Positions 43,411-54,247 of a stretch of 64,000 nucleotides of DNA are shown here, in pieces. A program made the position numbers and the translations under genes. Every line of letters starts with the position of its first letter. Position 1 is the first letter of the stretch. This DNA is from Candidatus Woesearchaeota archaeon (GTDB lineage: Archaea; Nanobdellota; Nanobdellia; Woesearchaeales; GCA-2686295). The notes below the pieces were generated by a model, which was given only the letters and a program-made list of their open reading frames with translations, did not search any database and was not told where the DNA came from. The stretch is from positions 52,244 through 116,243 of the forward strand of contig JABMPT010000001.1 of assembly GCA_013202845.1 (NCBI GenBank), read 5' to 3'.

Positions 43411-45369
43411 TTAGACTCTTTCTTTTTTCAGAGTTTCAACAACTTCAGGGTTGGCAAGAGTTGTTATATTACCAACATCCTCTGCGCCGGATGCGATTGC
43501 TTTCAAGATTCTTCTCATTATCTTTCCGCTTCTGGTCTTTGGTAGTCCATCTGTAAATTGAATCTTGTCAGGTTTTGCAATAGGTCCGATTTCACGAGCG
43601 ACGTGATTTCTCAATGCTTTCACAAGTTCATCAGAACCATTGAGACCTTTTTTCAAAGTCACAAAGGCATACAGAGCACTACCTTTTATCTTATGAGGAA
43701 ATGGAACAACCGCTGATTCAGAAACTCCTTTGTAGCTCACTAATGCACTTTCTATTTCAGATGTTCCTAATCTGTGACCAGAAACATTGACAACATCATC
43801 AATTCTGCCCATTATCCAAATATAACCGTCCTTATCCTTCTTTGCACCATCACCAGCAAAGTAGATTCCACCTTTGAACTTGTTGAAATAGGTTTTTCTG
43901 AAACGCTCAGGATTCTTGTAAACAGTTCTTAACATGCCAGGCCAAGGCTTCTCAATAACAATATATCCACCTTCCTCTGCTTTTGTAGGCTTACCATTTT
44001 CACTGAAGATATTTGTTTTCACCCCGAAGAACGGGAAGCAAACAGAACCAGGCTTTAAGTCAATAGCTCCTGGCAATGCAGTAACCATGATTCCGCCAGT
44101 TTCGGTCTGCCACCAGGTATCAACTATTGGACATTTCTTGTTTCCAACAACTTTGTAATACCACAACCATGCTTTTGGATTAATAGGTTCACCTACCGAC
44201 CCAAGTAATCTTAGACTTGACAGATCATGTTTCTTAACCCATTTATCACCGTATCTTTCCAAAGCTCTTATCGCTGTTGGTGCGGTGTAGAATATACTAA
44301 CCTTGTACTTTTCTACTATCTCCCAGAACCTGTCAGGGTTTGGATATGTTGGTATTCCTTCAAACATCACACTGGTTGCGCCGTTTGCTAATGGTCCGTA
44401 GACAATATAACTATGACCTGTGATCCAGCCGATGTCTGCAGTGCACCAATAGATGTCTTCTTCATGATAGTCAAAGACATATTTGAAAGTAAGATAGGTG
44501 TACATCAAGTATCCTGCAGTTGTATGAACAACTCCTTTTGGCTTACCAGTTGTTCCGCTAGTGTACAGAATGAAAGCAGTGTCTTCAGAGTTCATCTTTG
44601 TAGCTTCACAATAATTTTCAATATCTTTTGCCTTAAGCTCATCTTGAAGCCATAAGTCGCGGCCTCTCTTCATCTTGGTCTTTGTGTTAAGTCTTCTGTT
44701 AACAAGAACATATTTTATTGATTTGCAGGAATTTATTATGTTGTCAACCGTCTCTTTCATAGGAATAACTTTCTGGCCATGCATGTTTACATTGCTTGTA
44801 ACCAATATTTTTGCTCTTGAATCGTCAATTCTGTCCTGTAAGGACTGTGGACTGAAGCCTCCGAAAACAACGCTGTGTATGGCGCCGAGTCTAGTGCATG
44901 CCAGGATACCAATGGCTAGTTCTGGAACCATGGGCATGTAGAAGCAGATTCTGTCACCTTTTTTTATTCCTCTTTTTTTCAAAACATTAGCGAATCTGCA
45001 AACCTCTTTATGAAGCTGTTTGTAAGTGAATTTCTTTCCTTTGCCTGAATTGGCTTCCCATATAAGAGCTGTCTTGTTGCCTCTTTTTTCCAGATGTCTG
45101 TCAAGGCAATTATAGGAAATATTTATTTTTCCTCCATCAAACCATTTGCATTCAAGCTTTGACTTGTTCCAATAGTATATTTTGTTCCATTTCTTGAACC
45201 AGTCTAACTCTTCTGCTTGTTTTGCCCAGAATTTGTCAGGGTTCTTGATGGATTCGTTGTAGAGTTTTTTGTACTCTGCGAAGCTTTTGACATATGCTTT
45301 TTTTCTAAAGCTTTCCTTGGGAGGAACCTTTCTTGTTTCAGTAGCAACAGAATCAATTACCTTTTTCAT
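43411..45369 (-). CDS. acs: acetyl-CoA synthetase (AMP-forming)
   Basis: YTSGTTGKPKGV AMP-binding motif, WWQTETGG, the C-terminal LPKTRSGKIMRR, and length 652 aa. Confidence 0.92.
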   Translation of the reverse strand: MKKVIDSVATETRKVPPKESFRKKAYVKSFAEYKKLYNESIKNPDKFWAKQAEELDWFKKWNKIYYWNKSKLECKWFDGGKINISYNCLDRHLEKRGNKTALIWEANSGKGKKFTYKQLHKEVCRFANVLKKRGIKKGDRICFYMPMVPELAIGILACTRLGAIHSVVFGGFSPQSLQDRIDDSRAKILVTSNVNMHGQKVIPMKETVDNIINSCKSIKYVLVNRRLNTKTKMKRGRDLWLQDELKAKDIENYCEATKMNSEDTAFILYTSGTTGKPKGVVHTTAGYLMYTYLTFKYVFDYHEEDIYWCTADIGWITGHSYIVYGPLANGATSVMFEGIPTYPNPDRFWEIVEKYKVSIFYTAPTAIRALERYGDKWVKKHDLSSLRLLGSVGEPINPKAWLWYYKVVGNKKCPIVDTWWQTETGGIMVTALPGAIDLKPGSVCFPFFGVKTNIFSENGKPTKAEEGGYIVIEKPWPGMLRTVYKNPERFRKTYFNKFKGGIYFAGDGAKKDKDGYIWIMGRIDDVVNVSGHRLGTSEIESALVSYKGVSESAVVPFPHKIKGSALYAFVTLKKGLNGSDELVKALRNHVAREIGPIAKPDKIQFTDGLPKTRSGKIMRRILKAIASGAEDVGNITTLANPEVVETLKKERV

Positions 45370-45409
45370 TAGCTATTTTCATAGCTAATTGATATTTAAA
45401 GTTTTTTAT

Positions 45410-46411
45410 TCACAAGAAAATGTTGAATAAATAACCAACAACCAAAACCATCGGAACAGTTACTATAGGAAGCCAAATTGCTGTTCTCTTTCCAATGTTG
45501 CTCCAAATAAGTCCTATCTCTGTATAATCTGTCACGACTCCTGCCATCAGGAAGATGAATGGGTTTCCCAAAGTGCCAACCTTGTTGAAGATTTCAAAGG
45601 CTATTGGAGCTGAACCTTCACTGCAAACCTCAATTATGGTAGCAAAAACAAGTGTTAAAATCATTCCCCAGAATGTTGGTCCGAAGTATTTCATGAAAAT
45701 CTCGTGTGGCACATATGCACCGATGACTCCTGCCAGTAAGAATCCTATAAGTATCCACCAAAGAACCATATTTGCCAAGCTGACAGCTCCTCTAGTGGTT
45801 CCAACTATGCTGTTTTTCAAGTTGAAGTTCTTTATGTTGCTCCATTCATAAGACTCTTTTGATTTCACTGTTTTTGATTGCTCTATGAGTTTGAATTTCT
45901 CCAACAACATGAAGATGAAGCCTGTAATCACTGCTATAATCATAGCTGCTAATATGAAGAACAATGCTTTTATTCCGAAGAAACCAAAAAGTAATATTGT
46001 CACAGGTAGGTTTGCCCATGGACTTGCTAAGAGAAATGTTATGACTGCAGGAATGCTTGCTCCTTTTTTGTATAATTGCATTGATATGGCCAGTATCCCA
46101 TGCGAGCAGGCACTCATCAGGAAACCTGCTATTACTGCATAGAATATAGTGCTCTTTTTTTTCTTACCCAAATATTTGAATATGAATTCCTCAGGAATAA
46201 AGTAATCAATCAAACCACCAATCACTAGTCCTAGAAGAACAGCCCACCATATTAGTTTCATATAGTCAATTAAGCTTTCATTAAGAGCTGAGAATATTGG
46301 CAGAAAGGATAATGCAAATACTGCAATGAAAATAAGTCCGAAAATTTTCAGTTTTTTACCAATCCTTATGTTATCAAGTTCACAATGTTCGCAGTGTGCA
46401 TCCTCTTTCAT
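45410..46411 (-). CDS. predicted permease (YraQ/ArsP-type, UPF0718-like)
   Basis: N-terminal HCEHCE motif then about 8 TM helices with an internal repeat. Family assignment by overall pattern only. Confidence 0.55.
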   Translation of the reverse strand: MKEDAHCEHCELDNIRIGKKLKIFGLIFIAVFALSFLPIFSALNESLIDYMKLIWWAVLLGLVIGGLIDYFIPEEFIFKYLGKKKKSTIFYAVIAGFLMSACSHGILAISMQLYKKGASIPAVITFLLASPWANLPVTILLFGFFGIKALFFILAAMIIAVITGFIFMLLEKFKLIEQSKTVKSKESYEWSNIKNFNLKNSIVGTTRGAVSLANMVLWWILIGFLLAGVIGAYVPHEIFMKYFGPTFWGMILTLVFATIIEVCSEGSAPIAFEIFNKVGTLGNPFIFLMAGVVTDYTEIGLIWSNIGKRTAIWLPIVTVPMVLVVGYLFNIFL

Positions 46412-46448
46412 TGTCTATAGTTAATTTAGAATTTGTTTATAAAGTTTT

Positions 46449-46892
46449 TCAAGTAGAAATCTCAACTTTCATCCCTTCCTCAACACCATACTCTTCACTA
46501 AAACCTTCGTTGACTTCTAAAACAAACTTTGCAGGTTTGCCAGAAGGATATATTGGACAAGTTTCTGTTTTGCATGGAACTGCGTGCTGTATCTTAACTA
46601 TGTCAAGGGATGAATTAATGAATATGATATCCAAAGGTATCAAAGTGTTCTTCATCCAGAAAGTTCTCGGCTCTTCATCTGTAAATATGAACAACATGCC
46701 TTCTTTTTTACCAAGCTTCTCTCTTTCCATCAATCCAAACATCACTTTTTCATAACTGTCTGCAATTTCGACTTCAACTCTTACATCTCCAAGAACAACC
46801 TCGCCAATCTCATAGTCAAACTTCTTTTCAAGTTCTTCAGAGCAGCCATATAACAATACTATAAGTAGTAGAAATATTGTTTTTTTATACAT
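46449..46892 (-). CDS. DUF192 domain protein (lipoprotein-like signal)
   Basis: Signal peptide with LYGCS. GLMEREKLGKKEGMLFIF...FWMKNTLIPLDIIFI is the DUF192 core. Confidence 0.78.
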   Translation of the reverse strand: MYKKTIFLLLIVLLYGCSEELEKKFDYEIGEVVLGDVRVEVEIADSYEKVMFGLMEREKLGKKEGMLFIFTDEEPRTFWMKNTLIPLDIIFINSSLDIVKIQHAVPCKTETCPIYPSGKPAKFVLEVNEGFSEEYGVEEGMKVEIST

Positions 46893-46994
46893 AAGAATAA
46901 TAAGAAAATCTTTGTTTATAAAACTTTTTTTAAACTATATCTACTTTAAAATGCTAAAACAAGTTTATATAGATTTAAGTTCAATTTCTACTAG

Positions 46995-48755
46995 ATGGCT
47001 ATCGACATAAATAAACTTTCTTGGTTCGTGGCTGGAGAGGCAGGGTATGGAATCATGACCGCTGGCCAGAAATTTGCCAGAGCAATGGTTCTTGGTGGAT
47101 TGAATATTCATACCCATGTAGAGTATCCTTCGCTTATCAGAGGAGGACATAATTCTTTTGGTGTAAGGGTTGAGGAAGAGGAAGTAAAATGTCCCATCCA
47201 GCTATACAACCTAGTCGTAGCCTTAAACAAGGATACAGTTGACAGGCAAAAAGATATCATAACTGCTGGTGGTGGAATAATTTACGATGCTGATGAAATA
47301 ACAATAGCAGATGGAGAGCTAAGGTCTGATATCCGATTATATCATGTTCCTATGAATCAAATAATTAAAGAGACAGAAGGAGCAATCAAAGTAATGAGGA
47401 ACTCTGTGTCTGTTGGAGCATCTATAGCGGTGTTAGATTATGACTTTGACTATTTAGCAGAAGCTATTCGCGGGGTTCATAGCAAGGAGCAGAGAGGAAA
47501 TGATATAATGGAATTAAATGTGGCTGTAGCAAAGAAGGGTTATGATTATATTAAAAAAAACTATCCGAATGATTTTATTGTAAAATTAAAAAAATTACCT
47601 AGAAAAAAAAGAATGCTTGTAACAGGCAACCAAGCAGTAGCTTTGGGAGCTATAAAAGCAGGATGCAAGTTCTTAGCAGCATATCCAATGACTCCTGCAT
47701 CTTCGATAATGAATTACTTTGTTGCAAATGAGGAAAAAGCTAAAGTTGTGATGAAGCAGGCAGATGATGAAATAACTGCCATAAACATGGCTTTAGGAGC
47801 ATCTTTTGCAGGTGTCAGAGCAATGACTTCCACAAGCGGTGGGGGATTAGCTTTGATGACAGAAACAATCAGTTTGCTTGGAATGAGTGAGTTGCCTTTG
47901 GTTATTGTTGATGTACAGAGACCAGGACCTGCAACAGGATTGCCAACAAGACAGGGACAAGGAGATTTGAAATTTGTTCTTAATATTGGTCATGGAGAAT
48001 TCCCTCGTATACTAATAGCGCCTGGTGATATAAATGAATGTTTTTATGAAACATTCAACGCTTTCAATCTTGCTGATAAGTACCAATTACCTGTTTTCAT
48101 TGTTTCAGACAAGCACTTAGGTGTTTCATTCAAGTCAATGGCTGAATTCGACACAAAGAACATGAAAATAGATCGTGGATGGCTGTTAACAGATGAAGAA
48201 GCAAAGAACTGGCATGATTACAAGAGATTCATGGTTACTGATTCTGGTATCTCGCCAAGAGCTGTCCCTGGCCAAACACCTATTTTCAGGTCGAGCAGTG
48301 ATGAACATAATGAATATGGGGAGATATGCGAAAAGCCAGACAATAGGGATGCTCAGGAAGACAAAAGATTCAGGAAACTCGATACTGCAATGCAGGATAT
48401 TCCTCTACCAAAAGTTTATGGACCTGAAAAAGCTGATGTTACATTGGTTGGTTGGGGCTCAACAAAAGGAGCAATTCTGGAAGCAATAGAGTATTTGAAG
48501 GATGATGGTATAAAAGCTAATTTCTTGCATTTTGTATATGTTTATCCTATGCATACTCATTGGGTCAAGGAGTTTTTGAGTAATGCAAATATGGTTGTTG
48601 ATGTTGAGGAGAACAAGACTGCACAGTTAGCAGGGGTTATAAGAGAATTCACAGGTTTCAGAATAGACAGAAAGGTGTTGAAGCACAGTGGAAGAACATT
48701 CTATCCAAGCGAGATTTATGATCGAATAAAAGGGGTGTACCATGGTTACTATTAA
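46995..48755 (+). CDS. 2-oxoacid:ferredoxin oxidoreductase alpha subunit (gamma-alpha fusion type)
   Basis: N-terminal gamma-like GEAGYGIMTAGQ...GGHNSF, then the alpha core GNQAVALGAIKAGCKFLAAYPMTPAS. Confidence 0.88.
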   Translation: MAIDINKLSWFVAGEAGYGIMTAGQKFARAMVLGGLNIHTHVEYPSLIRGGHNSFGVRVEEEEVKCPIQLYNLVVALNKDTVDRQKDIITAGGGIIYDADEITIADGELRSDIRLYHVPMNQIIKETEGAIKVMRNSVSVGASIAVLDYDFDYLAEAIRGVHSKEQRGNDIMELNVAVAKKGYDYIKKNYPNDFIVKLKKLPRKKRMLVTGNQAVALGAIKAGCKFLAAYPMTPASSIMNYFVANEEKAKVVMKQADDEITAINMALGASFAGVRAMTSTSGGGLALMTETISLLGMSELPLVIVDVQRPGPATGLPTRQGQGDLKFVLNIGHGEFPRILIAPGDINECFYETFNAFNLADKYQLPVFIVSDKHLGVSFKSMAEFDTKNMKIDRGWLLTDEEAKNWHDYKRFMVTDSGISPRAVPGQTPIFRSSSDEHNEYGEICEKPDNRDAQEDKRFRKLDTAMQDIPLPKVYGPEKADVTLVGWGSTKGAILEAIEYLKDDGIKANFLHFVYVYPMHTHWVKEFLSNANMVVDVEENKTAQLAGVIREFTGFRIDRKVLKHSGRTFYPSEIYDRIKGVYHGYY

Positions 48756-49614
48756 TGATTTATCAACAGGGGACTATGTACCTGACTGGTGCCCAGGATG
48801 CGGAAATTATAGCATACTGAATGGTCTAAAGAGAGCTATTGTCAAATTAAAGCTTAAGCCAAGAGATGTTTTAGTTGTTTCTGGCATTGGATGCTCTTCA
48901 AAGTTACCTCAGTGGATAGACGTTAATGGTTACCACGGTGTGCATGGTCGTGGTTTACCAGTTGGAACTGGTGCAAAGCTTGCTAATAAGAATCTTCATG
49001 TAATAGTGGTTGGTGGTGATGGAGATGTTTATGGTGAAGGGATGAATCATTTCATACATGCACTGAGAAAGAATGTGAATATAACTTTGTTGGTGCATGA
49101 CAACCAGATTTATGGTTTGACAAAGGGTCAGACTTCTCCAACAAGTATGAAGGGTGACAAATCAACAACCTCGAGAAGGGGTAATTTTGATGACCCTATA
49201 AATCCAATTGCGCTGGCAGTAGCCCAGAGAACTTCTTATGTTGCCAGGACATTTGCAGGCGACCTCGAGCACATGACAGATACAATTGCAGATGCTATCG
49301 CTTTCAAGGGTTTTGCATTTATTAACATACTCCAGCCGTGTGTTAGTTTCAACAAACACAACACTTTTGTTTGGTTCAAGGAAAGAGTTTATGACTTGCA
49401 GAAGAAAGGTTACAAGCCAAACAATGTTGAAAAAGCTTTCAAGAAAGCCTATGAAGGATGGGATTCTGGCTGGGATAAAATTCCTTTAGGTGTTTTCTAC
49501 AAGGAAAAAAAGCCATTGTTTGAAGATGACCACCCTGTTTTGGCAAAAACGCCTTTAGTAAAGCAGAGCATAGATAATATTTCTATAAAGAAGTTGTTGG
49601 ATGAGCTTTGCTAG
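48742..49614 (+). CDS. 2-oxoacid:ferredoxin oxidoreductase beta subunit (TPP-binding)
   Basis: WCPGCGNY, GIGCSS, and the GGDGD TPP motif. 14-nt overlap with the alpha gene. Confidence 0.9.
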   Translation: MVTINDLSTGDYVPDWCPGCGNYSILNGLKRAIVKLKLKPRDVLVVSGIGCSSKLPQWIDVNGYHGVHGRGLPVGTGAKLANKNLHVIVVGGDGDVYGEGMNHFIHALRKNVNITLLVHDNQIYGLTKGQTSPTSMKGDKSTTSRRGNFDDPINPIALAVAQRTSYVARTFAGDLEHMTDTIADAIAFKGFAFINILQPCVSFNKHNTFVWFKERVYDLQKKGYKPNNVEKAFKKAYEGWDSGWDKIPLGVFYKEKKPLFEDDHPVLAKTPLVKQSIDNISIKKLLDELC

Positions 49615-49671
49615 TTTTTCTATCGAAAAGTTTATATAGTTTCTAGACAGATTTCTAATGTAAAAAGAGGT

Positions 49672-52086
49672 GTGTTTTTGGATAAGAAAAAAGAGTTCAT
49701 TCTATGGTTTGACCAACTAGGCATTGAGGATGTGCCAGTAGTTGGAGGAAAAAATGCTTCTCTTGGAGAGATGTATAGATTACTGACTCCAAAGGGTGTC
49801 AAGATACCTAATGGCTTTGCAGTGACTGCTTATGCATATCACTATTTATTAGATCATGCAGGCGTAAGGGATAAGATAAGAGAGGTTTTATCTGATCTAA
49901 ACACCCGTGACATAAGAAACCTGCAGGAAAGGGGTCATAAGGTCAGAGATCTGATAAGGAACACAGAATTCCCTCCCGAGTTGAACGATGCAATCATAGA
50001 AGCATATCACAATATGTGTAAACAGTATGGTGAAAACACAGATGTTGCTGTGAGAAGCAGTGCAACTGCAGAGGACCTGCCGGATGCAAGTTTTGCAGGA
50101 CAGCAGGAAACCTATTTGAACATAAAAGGCGAGAAACAGCTCATAGATGCCTGCAAGAACTGCTTTGCGTCATTATTCACAAACAGAGCCATAAGTTACA
50201 GAGAGGATAAGAACTTTGACCACTTTTCTATTGGTTTGAGCATTGGAGTGCAGAAGATGATTCGTTCAGACCTTGCTTGCTCAGGAGTCATGTTCTCAAT
50301 AGACACAGAATCTGGTTTCAAAGATGCAGTCTTTGTAACTGCTGCATATGGTTTAGGAGAGAATGTTGTTCAGGGAGCAGTAAATCCTGATGAGTTTTAT
50401 GTTCACAAGCCAACTCTGAGAGATGACTTCAGACCTATTATCATGAAAAAAGTTGGTCGAAAAGCTATCAAGATGATTTATACCAACGATACTAAACACC
50501 CGACAAAGAATGTGAATGTTGTCCAACATGATCGTAAGGTATTATGCATAAATGATGATGAGGTTTTGGAACTTGCAAAGATGGCCCAGATTATTGAGGA
50601 TCATTATTCTGAAAAAGCTGGTCACTTCAAGCCAATGGATATTGAATGGGCAAAGGATGGTGTAACTGGTGAATTGTTCATTGTACAGGCAAGGCCTGAA
50701 ACAGTTCATTCACAAAAGGATTTCTCTGTACTGCAAACTTATAGGCTGAAGAGTGACGGAGAGATATTGATAACCGGGAAATCAGTAGGCGCAAAGATTG
50801 GAAAGGGTAAAGCCCATATAATAAAGGAGGCCCATAAGATTCATGAGTTTAAAGAAGGGGACGTGTTGGTTACTGACATGACAGACCCTGACTGGGAGCC
50901 GATAATGAAGATTGCTTCTGCAATCGTAACAAACAGAGGTGGAAGAACCTGTCACGCGGCGATCATCTCTAGAGAGCTTGGAATTCCCTGTGTTGTTGGT
51001 ACAAAAACAGCAACAGAAGCTGTACCTGGAGGTGAGGATGTGACTGTTGACTGTTCGCAAGGAGCAGAAGGTCATGTATATAGAGGACTATTGGACTTTG
51101 ATATTGAAAAAGTAAAACTTGACTCTATTCCAAAGACCAAAACAAAGATTATGATGAACCTTGGTGCGCCTGACCAGGCTTTTGAACAGAGCTTTATCCC
51201 AAATGAAGGAGTTGGTCTGGCAAGAGAGGAATTCATAATAAACTCTTATATCAAAGTGCATCCATTGGCATTGTTAAGGTTTCATGATATTCATGATCAT
51301 GATGTTAAAAAGCAGATTGAAGAAATAACCTTTGGCTATGAGGATAAATCCGCATTCTTTGTCGATAAACTGGCTGAAGGAATCGGAATGATAGGAGCTG
51401 CATTCTATCCAAAGAAAGTCATTGTCAGGTTGTCTGATTTCAAATCGAATGAATACGCCAACTTGGTCGGTGGCCGTCAGTTTGAACCGGAAGAGGATAA
51501 TCCTATGATTGGATGGAGAGGTGCATCAAGGTATTACTCTGAGAACTACAAGGAAGCTTTTGGTCTTGAATGCAAAGCTTTTTTGAAAGTTCGTAATGAA
51601 ATGGGTTTGACAAATGTTGAAATAATGATTCCATTCCCAAGAACAGTTGAAGAAGTCCGAAAAGTAAAAGCGGTGATGGCAGAGTTTGGCTTAAAGCAGG
51701 GCGAAAACGGTTTGAAAATCATTGGTATGTGTGAGATACCTTCAAATGTTATACTTGCTGAAGAGTTTTTGGAAGAGGTTGACGGATTTAGTATTGGAAC
51801 AAATGATTTGACACAATTGACGCTAGGTGTTGATAGGGATTCTGAACTGGTTGCACATGTATATGATGAAAGGAATGAGGCGGTGAAGAAACTCGTTAAG
51901 CAAGTCATTGAAGTCTGCAACAAGAAAAAGAAATACATAGGTATCTGTGGGCAAGCTCCTTCTGATTATCAGGAATTTGCAGAGTTTGTTGTTGAATGCG
52001 GCATACAAACAATGTCTTTGAATCCAGATACTGTGATAAAAACAACTTTGGCAATTGCAGAGCTTGAGAAGAAATTAGGGATTTAG
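49672..52086 (+). CDS. ppsA: phosphoenolpyruvate synthase (pyruvate, water dikinase)
   Basis: N-terminal ATP-grasp VGGKNASLGEM, swivel GGRTCHAAIISRELGIPCVVG, and the C-terminal PEP-binding barrel (GTNDLTQLTLG). Non-ATG start (GTG 49672 or TTG 49678). Confidence 0.92.
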   Translation: MFLDKKKEFILWFDQLGIEDVPVVGGKNASLGEMYRLLTPKGVKIPNGFAVTAYAYHYLLDHAGVRDKIREVLSDLNTRDIRNLQERGHKVRDLIRNTEFPPELNDAIIEAYHNMCKQYGENTDVAVRSSATAEDLPDASFAGQQETYLNIKGEKQLIDACKNCFASLFTNRAISYREDKNFDHFSIGLSIGVQKMIRSDLACSGVMFSIDTESGFKDAVFVTAAYGLGENVVQGAVNPDEFYVHKPTLRDDFRPIIMKKVGRKAIKMIYTNDTKHPTKNVNVVQHDRKVLCINDDEVLELAKMAQIIEDHYSEKAGHFKPMDIEWAKDGVTGELFIVQARPETVHSQKDFSVLQTYRLKSDGEILITGKSVGAKIGKGKAHIIKEAHKIHEFKEGDVLVTDMTDPDWEPIMKIASAIVTNRGGRTCHAAIISRELGIPCVVGTKTATEAVPGGEDVTVDCSQGAEGHVYRGLLDFDIEKVKLDSIPKTKTKIMMNLGAPDQAFEQSFIPNEGVGLAREEFIINSYIKVHPLALLRFHDIHDHDVKKQIEEITFGYEDKSAFFVDKLAEGIGMIGAAFYPKKVIVRLSDFKSNEYANLVGGRQFEPEEDNPMIGWRGASRYYSENYKEAFGLECKAFLKVRNEMGLTNVEIMIPFPRTVEEVRKVKAVMAEFGLKQGENGLKIIGMCEIPSNVILAEEFLEEVDGFSIGTNDLTQLTLGVDRDSELVAHVYDERNEAVKKLVKQVIEVCNKKKKYIGICGQAPSDYQEFAEFVVECGIQTMSLNPDTVIKTTLAIAELEKKLGI

Positions 52087-53541
52087 AATCTTAATAATTC
52101 CTTTATTTGCATCTACTTCTATTTTATCTCCTGTTTTGAAGACTTTTGTTCCGTGTTTTGTATTTACAATGCAAGGGATTCCAAGTTCTCGGCTTACAAT
52201 CGCTGCATGACTAGCTATTCCTCCTTCGTTTGCAACTATTGCTTTTGCTTTCTGCATTGCAGGAAGTAATTGTGGCCAAGTATTCTGAACTATTAGTATT
52301 TCTCCTTTTTTCACCTTTGCAATGTCTCTTTTTAAATTTGCGTCTTCATTAGAAATAACATGTGCTATGCCTCTTACTTTTCCTTTGTTAGCAACGAATC
52401 CTTTTAACTCAGAAATAGAATTATAATTAACAACTCCCAGAATTTCAGCTCTTTTTTCCCTTCCTTCTTCACCAGAGAACATTTCTTCTTTATGCTCTAA
52501 ACAATATAAGAAGCATTTTTCTCTTTTATCTAATTCTTTTTTAATGCCTTTAGGACTTATTTCCTTTGTTAATAAAGCTTCAATCTCAAATAACAAGCAA
52601 TTTTCAATGTTTTTCAAAGAAAGTTTTAATCTTCTTGCAACTTCTTCCAATACTTTTGTGCCATAATCCCAAACAGTTGTCCATGAAATCCTTGTATAAT
52701 CCAACCTGTAAAAACCCAGTTCTGCACATGCGTTAACTAAATTGTTAGTGATTTTAGAAAACTTAACTTCTTTTTTTATCTCCTTTTGTTCTTTTATCAG
52801 TTTTTCTTGATGCTTCTTAATCTTGTTAAGCCTTTCTTTGATTTCTTTTTCTCCCAATTTAACTAAGTTTTGTAGTTCTTTCTTGTAAAATTTAAGATCC
52901 CATTTATCATGACCTTGCCCGATTGCCCTTTCTCCATATTTTTTTTCAATCTTTGAAAGTTCTTTCAGGAATATATTAGTGGGTTTATTTTTCTTTGATG
53001 CTCTTAATGCTAATTTCAGGAGTTCAATTTCTTGTTTTTTTAGAGCGCTAATTTTTGTAGGTGTTGTTAGAATAATGAATTTCTCTTCTTTATCTTTAAT
53101 ATTATTCATCTCTCCAATAATCTTTCTTTCAATATCATAGAATATTTGTGGTTGAGTGAGATAGTGAGCACCTAAAGTTCTTCTAAAAGTTTTATGGTAT
53201 TCTTTCACAAGAGAAAGTAGCTTGCTAGTTGAAATGGTTTTTAGATTAGTTTTTTTAATTAGTCTATTGAATCTTTCACTTTCTTTCTTTGCATTCTTTT
53301 TTACTTTTATTGCTTTGGTAAGATTATTTTTCTTTTTATAGAATTCAAGTCCTGCTTTTGCTTCTGATTTTAAATCTGGTTCTGAGAAATATGCCTGTGC
53401 TCTTCCTTTTTCATAGACAAAAATTGTACTTGTTTTTTTAGTTCCCATTAATGGAGCAACAAACTCTTTCCAACAAAGAGCATCAATTTGACAAACTAGA
53501 GCTCTTTCATTAATATCTTCAAACAAAAGTTCATATTTCAT
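52075..53541 (-). CDS. PEP-utilising-enzyme mobile (swivel) domain protein, paralogue of 16777-18258
   Basis: C-terminal NEGGIASHAAIVSRELGIPCIVNT. The helical Lys-rich N-terminal region has the same length and shared landmarks (GFYRL/GYYRF, swivel spacing). 4-nt overlap with the upstream SdpI-like gene and 12-nt convergent overlap with ppsA. Confidence 0.7.
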   Translation of the reverse strand: MKYELLFEDINERALVCQIDALCWKEFVAPLMGTKKTSTIFVYEKGRAQAYFSEPDLKSEAKAGLEFYKKKNNLTKAIKVKKNAKKESERFNRLIKKTNLKTISTSKLLSLVKEYHKTFRRTLGAHYLTQPQIFYDIERKIIGEMNNIKDKEEKFIILTTPTKISALKKQEIELLKLALRASKKNKPTNIFLKELSKIEKKYGERAIGQGHDKWDLKFYKKELQNLVKLGEKEIKERLNKIKKHQEKLIKEQKEIKKEVKFSKITNNLVNACAELGFYRLDYTRISWTTVWDYGTKVLEEVARRLKLSLKNIENCLLFEIEALLTKEISPKGIKKELDKREKCFLYCLEHKEEMFSGEEGREKRAEILGVVNYNSISELKGFVANKGKVRGIAHVISNEDANLKRDIAKVKKGEILIVQNTWPQLLPAMQKAKAIVANEGGIASHAAIVSRELGIPCIVNTKHGTKVFKTGDKIEVDANKGIIKILNP

Positions 53542-54170
53542 CTTTTCAACTTTCTATACTCAAAATAAGAATATACAAGAGGGTATAGTGCTATTACTAT
53601 GATTATCATTAGTATTTGTGTAAAATATTCAGGCGATAATAGTATTAATAAGAAAACAAATGCAAGGATTTTGTAGAGCTTTGCTCCTAGTTTATGTGTT
53701 TTCTCCCAGACTTCTTTGCTGCTGAGAGTCCAAGGAGTTCTTATACCTATGAACCAGTTCATCTTGGCTTTTTCCATCAAAACACCTGCAAAGTAGAATA
53801 TTATTGCAATTGCAGGGATAATTGCCTGGCTCATGTCAAATCTGTAGTTGAGATTCCATAAAATGGATAATACATAGATATAGAACAAGAATAATATTAT
53901 CAATGCTATGAATGCATCAAAATAACCTCTGAATTTCTCAATGTTCTTTTTCAAAGGATCAATGAGAGGTATTATAAGGAATAATAAGAATAATCCCAGG
54001 GTTACTATTGGCATCAAGAACAAACCCCAGAATTTGGACATATAATCATCAACTTCTCCTTTTGCATTCCAATGAGAAGCCATTTCTTCAGGCATGCTTG
54101 GATATAAATAAATACCTATAATAAAAGAAATGATTATTACTGCCATGATTAGAATGTTGGTTTTCTTCAT
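53538..54170 (-). CDS. SdpI/YhfL family membrane protein (DUF1648 + SdpI)
   Basis: YPSMPEEMASHWNAKGEVDDYMSK (DUF1648-like) and NWFIGIRTPWTLSSKEVWEKTHK (SdpI-like). Confidence 0.68.
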   Translation of the reverse strand: MKKTNILIMAVIIISFIIGIYLYPSMPEEMASHWNAKGEVDDYMSKFWGLFLMPIVTLGLFLLFLIIPLIDPLKKNIEKFRGYFDAFIALIILFLFYIYVLSILWNLNYRFDMSQAIIPAIAIIFYFAGVLMEKAKMNWFIGIRTPWTLSSKEVWEKTHKLGAKLYKILAFVFLLILLSPEYFTQILMIIIVIALYPLVYSYFEYRKLKR

Positions 54171-54247
54171 ACTTTAGCGATTGAGGAACTTGTATTAATA
54201 TTTTTTCAAACAAAACTTATTTATACCAGTAATCCTATTTTTCTTCC

